From assembly GCA_964547875.1 (NCBI GenBank), contig CAZJPE010000004.1, positions 30,598-93,472 of the forward strand: DNA of 62,875 nt. Direction: 5' to 3'. How positions within the stretch are numbered: position 1 is the first letter of the stretch; each line of letters begins with the position of its first letter. Below, one piece after another: positions 47,022 to 56,600 of the stretch. The DNA comes from Candidatus Woesearchaeota archaeon (GTDB taxonomy: Archaea; Nanobdellota; Nanobdellia; Pacearchaeales; GW2011-AR1). The position numbers were made by a program, and so were the translations under genes. A model generated the notes under the pieces. That model did no database searches. It was not told the origin of the DNA and saw nothing but the letters and a program-made list of their open reading frames with translations.

Positions 47022-49306
47022 AATCAAAAAGCGATGATATAAAGTTAAAGGTTGTTGAAGCGTTGCAGGATGACGTTTATAAGGGAGTTGCCAGAATAGA
47101 CCCTAATCTGATGAAAGCAATGGGATTAAATAGAGGGGATTTTGTTTCTATCGCAGGAACGAGAGAGACTGTTGCGATTGTAGATAGGGCTTATCCTGCT
47201 GATGTTGGAGAGAGAATAATTAGAATAGATGGATTGATAAGGAAGAATGCGAGGACAGGTGTTGGAGAGCAAGTTAGGATAAGAAGAGTTAATATGGTGC
47301 CTGCAAAAAAAGTTTCTATTGCACCTGCGCAAAAGGGATTGATGATACACGCAGATCCAGAGCTGTTTAAAAATGGATTGTTAGGGAGGGCTGTTATGAA
47401 GGGAGATCTGATATCTTTGGGAGGGGTGCAGAGAAGAAGAGATTTGATGAGCGAGAATTTTCACGATATCTTTGGGGATCTGAATGATTTTTTCGGAGGG
47501 GGATTTGGATTTTCTGGATTTCAGCAGATGAAGTTTTTAGTTGTTTCTACAGCGCCAAATCAGGCATGTATTATTAACGAATATACTGAAGTTACTCTTA
47601 ATCCAAAGGCAGTTGACATTGGAGAAGAGATTATACCTGATGTTACTTATGAGGATATTGGAGGATTGCAGGATGAAGTGAGGAAGGTAAGGGAGATGGT
47701 TGAGCTGCCTTTAAAGCATCCAGAGATTTTTGACAAGCTTGGCATTGAGCCTCCTAAGGGAGTTATATTGCATGGGCCTCCTGGAACAGGAAAGACGTTA
47801 TTAGCAAAGGCAGTTGCCAACGAATCTGATACTCATTTTATTTTATTAAACGGGCCAGAGGCTATGTCAAAATTTTATGGAGAGAGCGAAAAGAGAATCA
47901 GGGATATTTTTGAAGAGGCAGAAAAGAATGCGCCTTCAATTATTTTCATTGACGAGATTGACGCGATAGCTCCCAAGAGAGAGGATGTACAGGGCGAGGT
48001 TGAGAGAAGGGTTGTTTCGCAACTGCTTACAATGATGGATGGTTTGAAATCAAGAGGGAGAGTGATAGTTATAGGAGCAACTAACAGAGTTAATTCTATT
48101 GATCCCGCGTTGAGAAGGCCTGGAAGGTTTGATAGAGAGGTAAATATCTCTGTGCCTGATAAGGGGGGGAGATTGAATATCTTGAAGATTCATACTAGAA
48201 ATATGCCTTTGTTTAAGAACGTTAATCTTGATATTTTGGCTGGGAAGACACACGGTTTTGTTGGAGCAGATTTGAGCGCATTAACTAAGGAGGCTGCAAT
48301 GAATGTCTTAAGAAAACTATTGCCTGAATTAAAGCTAGAGGACAACGAGCCGATACCTCCAGAAGTTTTGGATAAAATAGTTGTTAGGGCAGAGGATTTT
48401 GATGATGCGTTAAAGGTTGTTAGACCTAGTGCGATGCGCGAGGTTCTTGTTGAGGCGCCCAATATTTCATGGGGCGATATCGGAGGGCTTGAGCAGACAA
48501 AACAGGCTTTGAAAGAGGCAGTTGAGTGGCCGATAAAACATGCTCACGGATTTAAAAATTTAGGGATTAGGGCGCCTAGAGGAATATTATTATATGGGCC
48601 TCCTGGAACAGGAAAGACGTTATTAGCAAAGGCAGTTGCTAAGGAGAGCGAGGCGAATTTTATTAATGTAAAAGGACCTTCTTTGCTTAGCATGTGGGTT
48701 GGAGAGAGCGAAAAAGGAATTCGAAAAGTATTTGAGAGGGCGAGGCAAGTAGCTCCTTGCGTTATTTTCTTTGACGAGATAGATGCTTTAGCAGGAAAGC
48801 GAGGCATTGATATGGGAGCTAAAGTAACAGAAAGAGTCTTGAATCAGCTTTTGGCAGAGATGGACGGATTAGAGGAGATAAAAGACGTTACTGTCATTGC
48901 TGCAACTAATAGGCCTGACATGCTTGATGCAGCTTTGCTAAGAGCAGGAAGATTTGACAGAGTAATTTTAGTTGACATGCCTGACGCAGCTTCTAGAAAA
49001 AAGATATTTGAGGTTCATACAAGAAAAGTGCCGTTAGCAAACGATGTTGACATTAATGAGATTGTCAAGATTACAGATGGCTTTGTCGGGGCAGATATTG
49101 AGAGCTTTGTGAGAGAGGCTGCTATGAATGCTATGAGAGCAGACATTAATACGAAGACTGTAACAAAAAAAGATTTTGAAGAAGCATTTGCAAAGATTAA
49201 GCCGAGTGTTTCAAATGAAACAGCCAAGCGCTACAGAAAACTTGAGGAATATTATTTGAAGAGCGCCAAGGCGGGAATGGAGGTTGGGCCTATTTATGCG
49301 GGATAA
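47018..49306 (+). CDS. cdc48: Cdc48/VAT AAA+ ATPase
   Basis: N-domain and two AAA modules ([12 protein letters not shown], RxGRFDR). Confidence 0.97.
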   Translation: MKSKSDDIKLKVVEALQDDVYKGVARIDPNLMKAMGLNRGDFVSIAGTRETVAIVDRAYPADVGERIIRIDGLIRKNARTGVGEQVRIRRVNMVPAKKVSIAPAQKGLMIHADPELFKNGLLGRAVMKGDLISLGGVQRRRDLMSENFHDIFGDLNDFFGGGFGFSGFQQMKFLVVSTAPNQACIINEYTEVTLNPKAVDIGEEIIPDVTYEDIGGLQDEVRKVREMVELPLKHPEIFDKLGIEPPKGVILHGPPGTGKTLLAKAVANESDTHFILLNGPEAMSKFYGESEKRIRDIFEEAEKNAPSIIFIDEIDAIAPKREDVQGEVERRVVSQLLTMMDGLKSRGRVIVIGATNRVNSIDPALRRPGRFDREVNISVPDKGGRLNILKIHTRNMPLFKNVNLDILAGKTHGFVGADLSALTKEAAMNVLRKLLPELKLEDNEPIPPEVLDKIVVRAEDFDDALKVVRPSAMREVLVEAPNISWGDIGGLEQTKQALKEAVEWPIKHAHGFKNLGIRAPRGILLYGPPGTGKTLLAKAVAKESEANFINVKGPSLLSMWVGESEKGIRKVFERARQVAPCVIFFDEIDALAGKRGIDMGAKVTERVLNQLLAEMDGLEEIKDVTVIAATNRPDMLDAALLRAGRFDRVILVDMPDAASRKKIFEVHTRKVPLANDVDINEIVKITDGFVGADIESFVREAAMNAMRADINTKTVTKKDFEEAFAKIKPSVSNETAKRYRKLEEYYLKSAKAGMEVGPIYAG
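47772..48639 (+). repeat. Perfect 46-bp direct repeat at the two Walker A motifs of cdc48
   Basis: ATGGGCCTCCTGGAACAGGAAAGACGTTATTAGCAAAGGCAGTTGC at 47772-47817 and 48594-48639. Confidence 0.95.
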
Positions 49307-49307
49307 A

Positions 49308-49703
49308 ATGGTGTTTGACAATGTGCTTAATGACATGAAAAGGATGCAGAGGCGTTTCAGCAGAGTTTTTAGCAGTAGATCTGGAGCGAGAATACCTGAA
49401 AGCGAGATTGAAGAGACTGAAGGTGAGGTTATTGTTAATTTTGAGCTGCACGGCATTGAAAAGAAAGATATTGATATGGAGATTGATGGAAACAGAATCA
49501 GAATGAAAGCTGTTAGGAAGGTGGAATTTAGAAAGTTGGACAAGGAATATTATCATGAATCTAAAAGCTTTAATGGTTATCAGGAGATGTTGAGTCTGCC
49601 TTGCAAAGTTATTCCAGAAAAAGCAAAAGCAAAATTTGAGAATGGAGTTTTAGAAGTCAGGCTTCCCAAAGACAGGAAAAAAAAGAAAATTGAAATAGTC
49701 TAG
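49308..49703 (+). CDS. Small heat shock protein Hsp20
   Basis: ELHGIEKKDI...AKAKFENGVLEVRLPK...IEI. Confidence 0.93.
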   Translation: MVFDNVLNDMKRMQRRFSRVFSSRSGARIPESEIEETEGEVIVNFELHGIEKKDIDMEIDGNRIRMKAVRKVEFRKLDKEYYHESKSFNGYQEMLSLPCKVIPEKAKAKFENGVLEVRLPKDRKKKKIEIV

Positions 49704-49822
49704 ACACATACAGATGTAAGGAGGTCTAAAAATGGAATGTGGATGTTATTCAATGGAATGTGAGCATAGGAGTTTTCCTACCAAATTATTTATTTATTAT
49801 GCTCTTTTATTATTAAATGTTG

Positions 49823-50710
49823 TTAGGCAGTCGTGATAATTTTTTCTTTTTCTGTCAGCAAAACTGTGTGCTCGGCTTGCGCGACTTTTTTTCCTGATTT
49901 TTCTATTAATTGAGGGTAGTGATGCAATAGATTTGAGGATTCTATCTGCCTTAATGCGAGCAAACCACGTGTGCCAAATTTTTTGTAAATCCATCTTGCA
50001 CAGAATGGAAGAGTTTTATATTCTTCTTTAATAAACTGCAAAACAGAGCGGGCGAAATTATCTCTTATGTTTCCTTCTTTTTGCAGGTGATATATTCCTG
50101 ACGGCTTGCCTTCTTTCACAGAGCCGACTCCTAATGTCGTGAATGGCTCTATTGCATATAGCCCTTGCGAGATTTTTATTTCTTGGGCATTGTCAAAGTT
50201 TGGAATAGTAATGCCTGCATGAAGATTATAATTTGATATTGAATGCCCAGAGAGATTTATTATCGGCTGAACATTATTTTTTTTGCATGTTTTTTCAATT
50301 ATAGAGCCTATGTCTCTTAATTTTACGCCCAGATTTATTTTTTCAAGCGCATTGTCTCTTGCTTCTTCTGCTGTTTTTATCAGGTTTTTATTTTCTTCTG
50401 AATTTTCCAAGTCAAGAGAGAAGGCGGTATCTGCTATATGCCCATTGATATGAATTCCTATGTCTATTTTTAATAAGCTATGGGCTTTTGTTTCGTCATT
50501 ATAAGTAGGGGTTGAATGCGCTGCGACTTCGTTTATTGATAGATTTACAGGAAAAGCGGGCTTTGCATTTAACTCGAGAATTTTATTATCTATTTTATTC
50601 GCAATTTCTAATAAAGGCGTGTCTTTCTTAATTATGGATTTTGCGTATTCTATTACTTCTTTGGCAATTTTTCCTGCCTTGAGCAAATTTTCAATTTCTT
50701 CTTGATTCAT
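49823..50710 (-). CDS. map: Methionine aminopeptidase type II
   Basis: AAH, KIDIGIHING.IADTA, NLSGH, AIEPF, AQAEHT. Confidence 0.95.
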   Translation of the reverse strand: MNQEEIENLLKAGKIAKEVIEYAKSIIKKDTPLLEIANKIDNKILELNAKPAFPVNLSINEVAAHSTPTYNDETKAHSLLKIDIGIHINGHIADTAFSLDLENSEENKNLIKTAEEARDNALEKINLGVKLRDIGSIIEKTCKKNNVQPIINLSGHSISNYNLHAGITIPNFDNAQEIKISQGLYAIEPFTTLGVGSVKEGKPSGIYHLQKEGNIRDNFARSVLQFIKEEYKTLPFCARWIYKKFGTRGLLALRQIESSNLLHHYPQLIEKSGKKVAQAEHTVLLTEKEKIITTA

Positions 50711-51515
50711 TTTTGCGATGTTTTACAATTTTTGGTTTGTATGATATTATAAATATGGTTATTATAAGGATAATTATCAAAAGTGCTAGATTAAATAGTA
50801 TTTGATAATTATTTTTAATTCTCTGTGTTTTGCCTGATGAGATATTTTGCTTTTCTTCATAAGATATATTTCTCCCGCTTAGAGGCGTTGTTTCATTTAT
50901 TTTATCTTCTGGTATTTTAGGAGGCTCTGTTCCTGATGCTTTTTCTGAGGAGCTCCCTGACGAGCCTGTGCCTTGTGATTGACATTGGCCGCAATCTGTT
51001 GGACAATTGCTGCAGGATTCTTCTATGTTGCAGATCGCATTTCCGCAGGAAGGCGCAGAGTTATTTATAATGAAATTTACTTCTGAAAAATTTATTCTAT
51101 TGGCGCTGTCGTTTGCGTATATTTTTAGAGCATAATTTCCTTCTGGAAGACTAATATAAAAAGGGGCAAAAATTGTGACATTTTCTTGATCGTTTATAGA
51201 GTACCATATTGAATCGAGAGCGATATCGAGAATTGTGTAATTGACTAAGAGAGGCGTTACATTATTATATACTGTGTTCTTTGGATTTATTATATTAACA
51301 ATAGGTGATTCGCCATCAATAACAATTCTTATATCGCTTTGCTCGGATGGGCTAAGAGATTGCTGTGCTTGGGAAAATGGTATCAAGAAAAAAATAAGCG
51401 ACAATAGGATGTAGAGAACTGCGTACAAAAATGTGCTATAATTTACGCAGTTCTCTAATGGATAACTGCTGATACGTGAGCTATAAACAATGTAGTTATC
51501 CATAATGTTATTCAT
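50691..51515 (-). CDS. Secreted, C-terminally anchored protein (Ig-like domain, Cys-rich module, S/G linker, TM); putative filament base
   Basis: Signal, LSPSEQSDIRIVIDG, Ig-like domain, CGNAICNIEESCSNCPTDCGQC, TM with basic tail; start uncertain. Confidence 0.7.
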   Translation of the reverse strand: MNNIMDNYIVYSSRISSYPLENCVNYSTFLYAVLYILLSLIFFLIPFSQAQQSLSPSEQSDIRIVIDGESPIVNIINPKNTVYNNVTPLLVNYTILDIALDSIWYSINDQENVTIFAPFYISLPEGNYALKIYANDSANRINFSEVNFIINNSAPSCGNAICNIEESCSNCPTDCGQCQSQGTGSSGSSSEKASGTEPPKIPEDKINETTPLSGRNISYEEKQNISSGKTQRIKNNYQILFNLALLIIILIITIFIISYKPKIVKHRKNESRRN

Positions 51516-51539
51516 GATAAAGAATAATTTTTCTATTAT

Positions 51540-52118
51540 TTAAACTTGCTTTCTTCTTTTTATCAGTTTAGCAGAAATTATTATACTGAGTATTATTATG
51601 ATAATTATAATTATTGCAGATATCGTACTTATGTTTGTTTTTTTTAGGTTCGCTGGCTGTTCCGTCGTATTAATTAGAACCGCTGTTTTTTCTCCAACTA
51701 TGATTGGGAGTTCTCTTATATGTTGCAAGCGGAGCTGTATGTTTCCTTCTTTTTCTTCTGGACTAGGCGTTACAGCAAATTTTATGCTGTAAGAATCGCC
51801 TATTTTTGCATTTTGCGGAATAGACACTTTTATTATTATTTTATTATCATTTGAGCCAGGAGGAACTATGAACTCTTCTTCGCTGATGATTTCTGCTATC
51901 CCTGCACTTTCAATTAAAGAGACAATGGCTCTTGCAGGAGATTTTTCTTCAATGCTATTTTTGAGAGTAAATGATACTTCTTTTGTCTCGCCAGGATACA
52001 TTTTTAATGGATTGTCTTCCCAATATGGAGAATCTACGCCAAGAGCTAGAACAGAGCCTATGCTAATTACGAGAGTTAATATCAGAGTTGCGAATTTTAG
52101 CTTATTGTCATTATCCAT
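51540..52118 (-). CDS. Secreted Ig-like protein with C-terminal TM (paralog of 53062-53655)
   Basis: GVDSPYWEDNPLKMYPGETKEVSFTLKN. Confidence 0.75.
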   Translation of the reverse strand: MDNDNKLKFATLILTLVISIGSVLALGVDSPYWEDNPLKMYPGETKEVSFTLKNSIEEKSPARAIVSLIESAGIAEIISEEEFIVPPGSNDNKIIIKVSIPQNAKIGDSYSIKFAVTPSPEEKEGNIQLRLQHIRELPIIVGEKTAVLINTTEQPANLKKTNISTISAIIIIIIIILSIIISAKLIKRRKQV

Positions 52119-52990
52119 CCACTTGCTCCTGTCGCAGAATAGAACTGCGAACTGATTGCGCTTGGTACTAGTGTAAGGCAGTATGCTATTGTTTCTGTAT
52201 TCGAGCCAGATGGCCCTCTTGGGAGATTAACACTGGTTATTGGAGTTATAACATTATTTGACAAAGCATTTCCTGTTGAGCATACTACGGCTGCTCCTGA
52301 CGAACCTGCTGCTCTAAGATTGGTTGCGGGGATGAGCTCTGCAGGAAGAGTTTCTCCAGCGAGGTCGAAAGCTGTGATGCTTAATGTGCCCGGAGGGGCC
52401 TGGAAATTGCCTCTATTTGTAACTGTAGTTGGCGAGGACGATATAACATTAGACGCTCCTTGGACAACTGTTGGGAAATTTACTATTGTAGGAGATATTG
52501 TTATATCTGTTAATAAATTAACTGAAAACGTTGACGAACTTGTTCCTGTTAATCCTGCAGAGTCTTGAATGCTTACTGCAACATCCCATGTTCCAGGTGC
52601 ATCAAAATATTGCATTGTTACTGTACATTGATATGTTCTTTCAGTACCTGTTTGGGAGAGAAATACACAACTTCCTGTTCTTGTTGGCTCACCTGTTTTT
52701 GTAAAGCTTGATGATGCAGAGGCATCATTTAGGTCTGTGACATCATTAGGGTCTGTGGCAGTAAATGTAAATAAGACATTTGTTGTAGAAGGAGCAGGAT
52801 TTAGACTTACAGGAGAGATTGGCGATATACTTGTGATTGATGGGGCAACATTTCCTACTTCAATTCTGACATCAGTGGACTGAGAAGGGGCTAATCTTAC
52901 ATTTTTCTTGAACCAATCAGCAATACCTGCTGTCGCAAAAGGCAGAATCATCAAGACCAATAATGTTATTACAATAAACTCTTTTTTCAT
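52097..52990 (-). CDS. Secreted two-domain beta-sandwich protein; putative major filament subunit
   Basis: Signal peptide, S/T-rich, four Cys, no TM anchor, own TATA; ends FYSATGASGWIMTIS. Confidence 0.75.
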   Translation of the reverse strand: MKKEFIVITLLVLMILPFATAGIADWFKKNVRLAPSQSTDVRIEVGNVAPSITSISPISPVSLNPAPSTTNVLFTFTATDPNDVTDLNDASASSSFTKTGEPTRTGSCVFLSQTGTERTYQCTVTMQYFDAPGTWDVAVSIQDSAGLTGTSSSTFSVNLLTDITISPTIVNFPTVVQGASNVISSSPTTVTNRGNFQAPPGTLSITAFDLAGETLPAELIPATNLRAAGSSGAAVVCSTGNALSNNVITPITSVNLPRGPSGSNTETIAYCLTLVPSAISSQFYSATGASGWIMTIS

Positions 52991-53010
52991 GCTAAGAAAA
53001 GCAGACCTTT

Positions 53011-53040
53011 CTTTAAAAAGATTTCTTTTATGTTAAGTAT
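53011..53040 (-). promoter_or_regulatory. TATA box plus one copy of the ATACTTAAYAT motif upstream of the putative major subunit
   Basis: TTTTAAAG (minus strand, 53018-53011); ATGTTAAGTAT at 53030-53040. Confidence 0.5.
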
Positions 53041-53061
53041 GTGTAGGTTCATGATATTTTT

Positions 53062-53655
53062 TCATATGGCGTACTCGCGGTATTTATGGTTTTTTATTAG
53101 TAGGGATATTATAAAAATTAATATTATAATAATCATCGCTATTATTGATATAATTATTGTTGAGAAAATCTTTGCAGTGGATTTTGGAGATTCTGAAATT
53201 TCTGATGGTTGCTTTTCTTCTACCGGTTTTTGTTTAATTTCTTCTCCACTAATGATCACAGGAAAAGAGGCTGTTATACCTGTTGAGAGCTGTAACATCT
53301 TTCCTTCATCTTGCGATACTTGCTCGAATAGGATTGTTAGCTGATATTTGTCATTGACTTTGGTATTATTTGGAATTTTTATTTTCAAATTGGCTTTTAT
53401 GTCGTTTCTGCCAAATGGGACAGGATAATTTTGATTTTCAAGCGTTGCAATTTCGCTTCCGTTTATTATTTCTGCCCTTAATGTGAGGTCTTTTCCTCCC
53501 ACCATGTTTTGAAGGATGATAGGAACCTCTTTTGTTTCTCCAGGCACCATTATTAGCGGGCGATCTTTCCAATAAGGAGGAGTGGCTCCGAATGCGCATG
53601 CAAAATTAATTAGTAATAAAACTATTACTATTGGGATAGATGCTTGTCTTATCAT
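53062..53655 (-). CDS. Secreted Ig-like protein with C-terminal TM (paralog of 51540-52118)
   Basis: GATPPYWKDRPLIMVPGETKEVPIILQN. Confidence 0.75.
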   Translation of the reverse strand: MIRQASIPIVIVLLLINFACAFGATPPYWKDRPLIMVPGETKEVPIILQNMVGGKDLTLRAEIINGSEIATLENQNYPVPFGRNDIKANLKIKIPNNTKVNDKYQLTILFEQVSQDEGKMLQLSTGITASFPVIISGEEIKQKPVEEKQPSEISESPKSTAKIFSTIIISIIAMIIIILIFIISLLIKNHKYREYAI

Positions 53656-56600
53656 TTTGGCATTGATTTTAATTTTTTAATTGCTCGCGAGTAGAGCGTA
53701 TAAATATTTCTTGGGTCTTTATTTAATATTTTAGAGATTTCTGTGTTCTTTAATTCTTTTTCTCTTAAGTTATAGATTAGTGATTCTAGGATGCTAAGCT
53801 TTCTGTTGGAGAAGATATCTATTGGGATAGAGATAGATGTTTTTCTTATGTTTATTTTCTCTTTCATTTTTCTGACCGCATTTCTATAATTTATCCAAAT
53901 TGTTCTTTGGTTTCTGTTAATTAATTTTTCAATTTCACTGAATTTTAATCCGAGGTTTTCTTTTAGGTATTTGGCTAAGGACTCTGCCGCACCTATTTTC
54001 TGATTAAACAGTTCTATTGGAATTTTTATTTCCTTTGTTTTCTTTATTAACAATAATTCATCTAGGGTTGTATCATATTTGTCTTTTAATTTTTCATTTA
54101 GTACTTCTAACAGATTTTCTTTGGTGAGGACTTTCTTCCTTTTCTTTCTTTTTATCTTAAGAGTGGCAAATGCGAGACTAATCTCCCATATACTGCCTAT
54201 TAATGTTGAGTATCTTTGTGCTTTTAGGTTGTCAGGGACATTTTCCAGGCAGATGAATAATTGCTCTTGTCCTTCGCCGATTGAGTTGTCTCCTCTAAGG
54301 AGCGTTGCTCCTGCAATAAGCGTTGTTGCAGCATGAGCCATTATAGTTCCAGGATCAGAAAGCGAGCATAAGTTGACAGTATGAACAGTAAAACTATTAG
54401 CAGGAATTTTATAAGATGAATCTGTTTCTCCTAAAATGTCAAATGCCTTGACTTGCAGTATTCCTTCTTTATTACATGTGTTACTGATAATAATCGGATT
54501 GTTTGAAGCAAGTTTTTCGGCATCGCCTGGAAAGAGAGTTGGCCATTCCCAGAATGCTGGAGATATTGTTATACACGCGGTTTCTAGCAAAATAAATGTT
54601 TCAGAATATGGGGCTGAAAATCCATTGCTTTGATCTTGAATTTCCGCACTTACTGTCCATGTTCCAGGAGCATCAAAATATTGTATTCCTATTGTACAGC
54701 TATATTGCGTGGTTGTTATATTGATATCAGAGACAAAAGAGCATGCGCCTGTTCTCGTTACAGAATCTTTTGTAAATTGCGTAGTTATAGTTGCATCGTT
54801 TATATCAAATGCCCCGTTTGCATCTGTGACTTGAACAGTAAATGTCACATCTGTTATGCCTGATTCTGTTACTATTTGATCTGGGATGTTTGAGATATCA
54901 TCTATTGTCGGAGAGATATTATCGCAGACCCCTGTCCATTCTGTGCCATCAAGATTGAAGGTTTTTGTTGCAACTGCTCCAGTATTTGTGGTATATGCAA
55001 AGAGGAATTTATTGTCGCAGATAGAGGTTTGTGCTATTGGATTAGGATTTGGTATTAGCGTGTCTTTTCCATAGATGTCAAATAATAGACTAGTTGTATT
55101 TTCATCAGACGCTAGAATAAATGGGCCTTGCCTTAAGATTCCAGAGGAATCGTATATTGCTGCTTGAATATTATCTGCATTTCTATCATTCCAAGCAACA
55201 GCAAACCAATCTATTGGATCTGAACTGCTTTTTATTGTTGCCATTGCAATCCTTGATTGTGTGCCAGAATTTGCATCTACAAGAGTAGGAGCAAGAATTA
55301 TGTTATTGTTTACGTCTCTTATAGCAATTTGAATATTTTGTGAGGCAGAATCATACCAGCCCATTGCAAAATAATTGTTATTTAATGATGTAATTGCGAC
55401 TTGACCTGTTTCTCCTATGTTTGTGTCTATATCAGCTAGGACAATATTTACACTGTTTTGGTCTCTTATTGAGAATGTTGCATCGTTAGATGCATCATCA
55501 AAATATATTAATGCAAATCTTGTATTTGTTATGGAGGTACATGAAATGAGATTTTGCAATCCTAATGTGGCGCCAACAGATGTATCAATATTTGTTTCTA
55601 AACCAGCACCCCATGTACCATAATTGACTGTTATTACATCTGCGTCATCTTCTATATCATCTATATAACAGGCCTGAAATCTATCGAGCATATCGATAAT
55701 TTCTATATCAACTGAAGGAGTTCCTACTGCAGTCTCGATATCTGTAGCAGGAATGTTTATGCTTTCATCTTTATTATAGACAGCATATGTTATATCCTGA
55801 TCAATACCATCGTACCAACTTAAGATAAACGTAGAAGAATCAATAGCTTTAACAGCAACTCTTGAATTACCATTTACTTCTGTATCTGCGTCAATTGTAT
55901 TTGTTAATGGAGTGCCATTTGTACCATATATGATAAATGATATGTCATCTTCTGTGTCATCAACCCAAGCAAAAACAAAAGTGCTATTATCAAGAGTTGT
56001 TAATGCGACATCTAGGGAAGGTTGGATATCCGCTATAATAAATGGGTCAATAATATGATCAAATTCCAGATACGAATCTTTTTTCTCATTAAGACTTTTT
56101 ATTTTAAGATCAAAAGTATCATGCTCGCCCTGTAATTCTGTTAAATAGATTGTATAATAGCCTTCTTTTTTTATTATTGGAAATTCTGCTATTTTCTGCG
56201 TCGTGTTATAATAATAAATTTCTATTATTATTCTTTCTTTTTCTGGATTTCTCGCATAGAGCGTTATATCTTTTGTAGAATCAAGTTTTTCCTCAAATGA
56301 AACTCTAATAAACTCGTTATGATAAATTGGTTCGCTCCATATTTCATCTAACTCTTTTACTTGTTCATAAATATTAGAAATAAGATCTTTATTCTCATCT
56401 AGATGTTCTGCGTTTGTTATTTGTATTATTATTTCAAAGATATCATCTGATGAAGGAGCGTTCCACTCAACGCTATCTAAATATTCATTATTATCTGTAT
56501 CAAGCGCTTTAAATTCTAAATATTTCTTTTCTTTATTAGAATATATTTTTATAAATCTTTTATCTTTAGTGATTTCCTCTATGCTAATAGAAGCCAGTAT

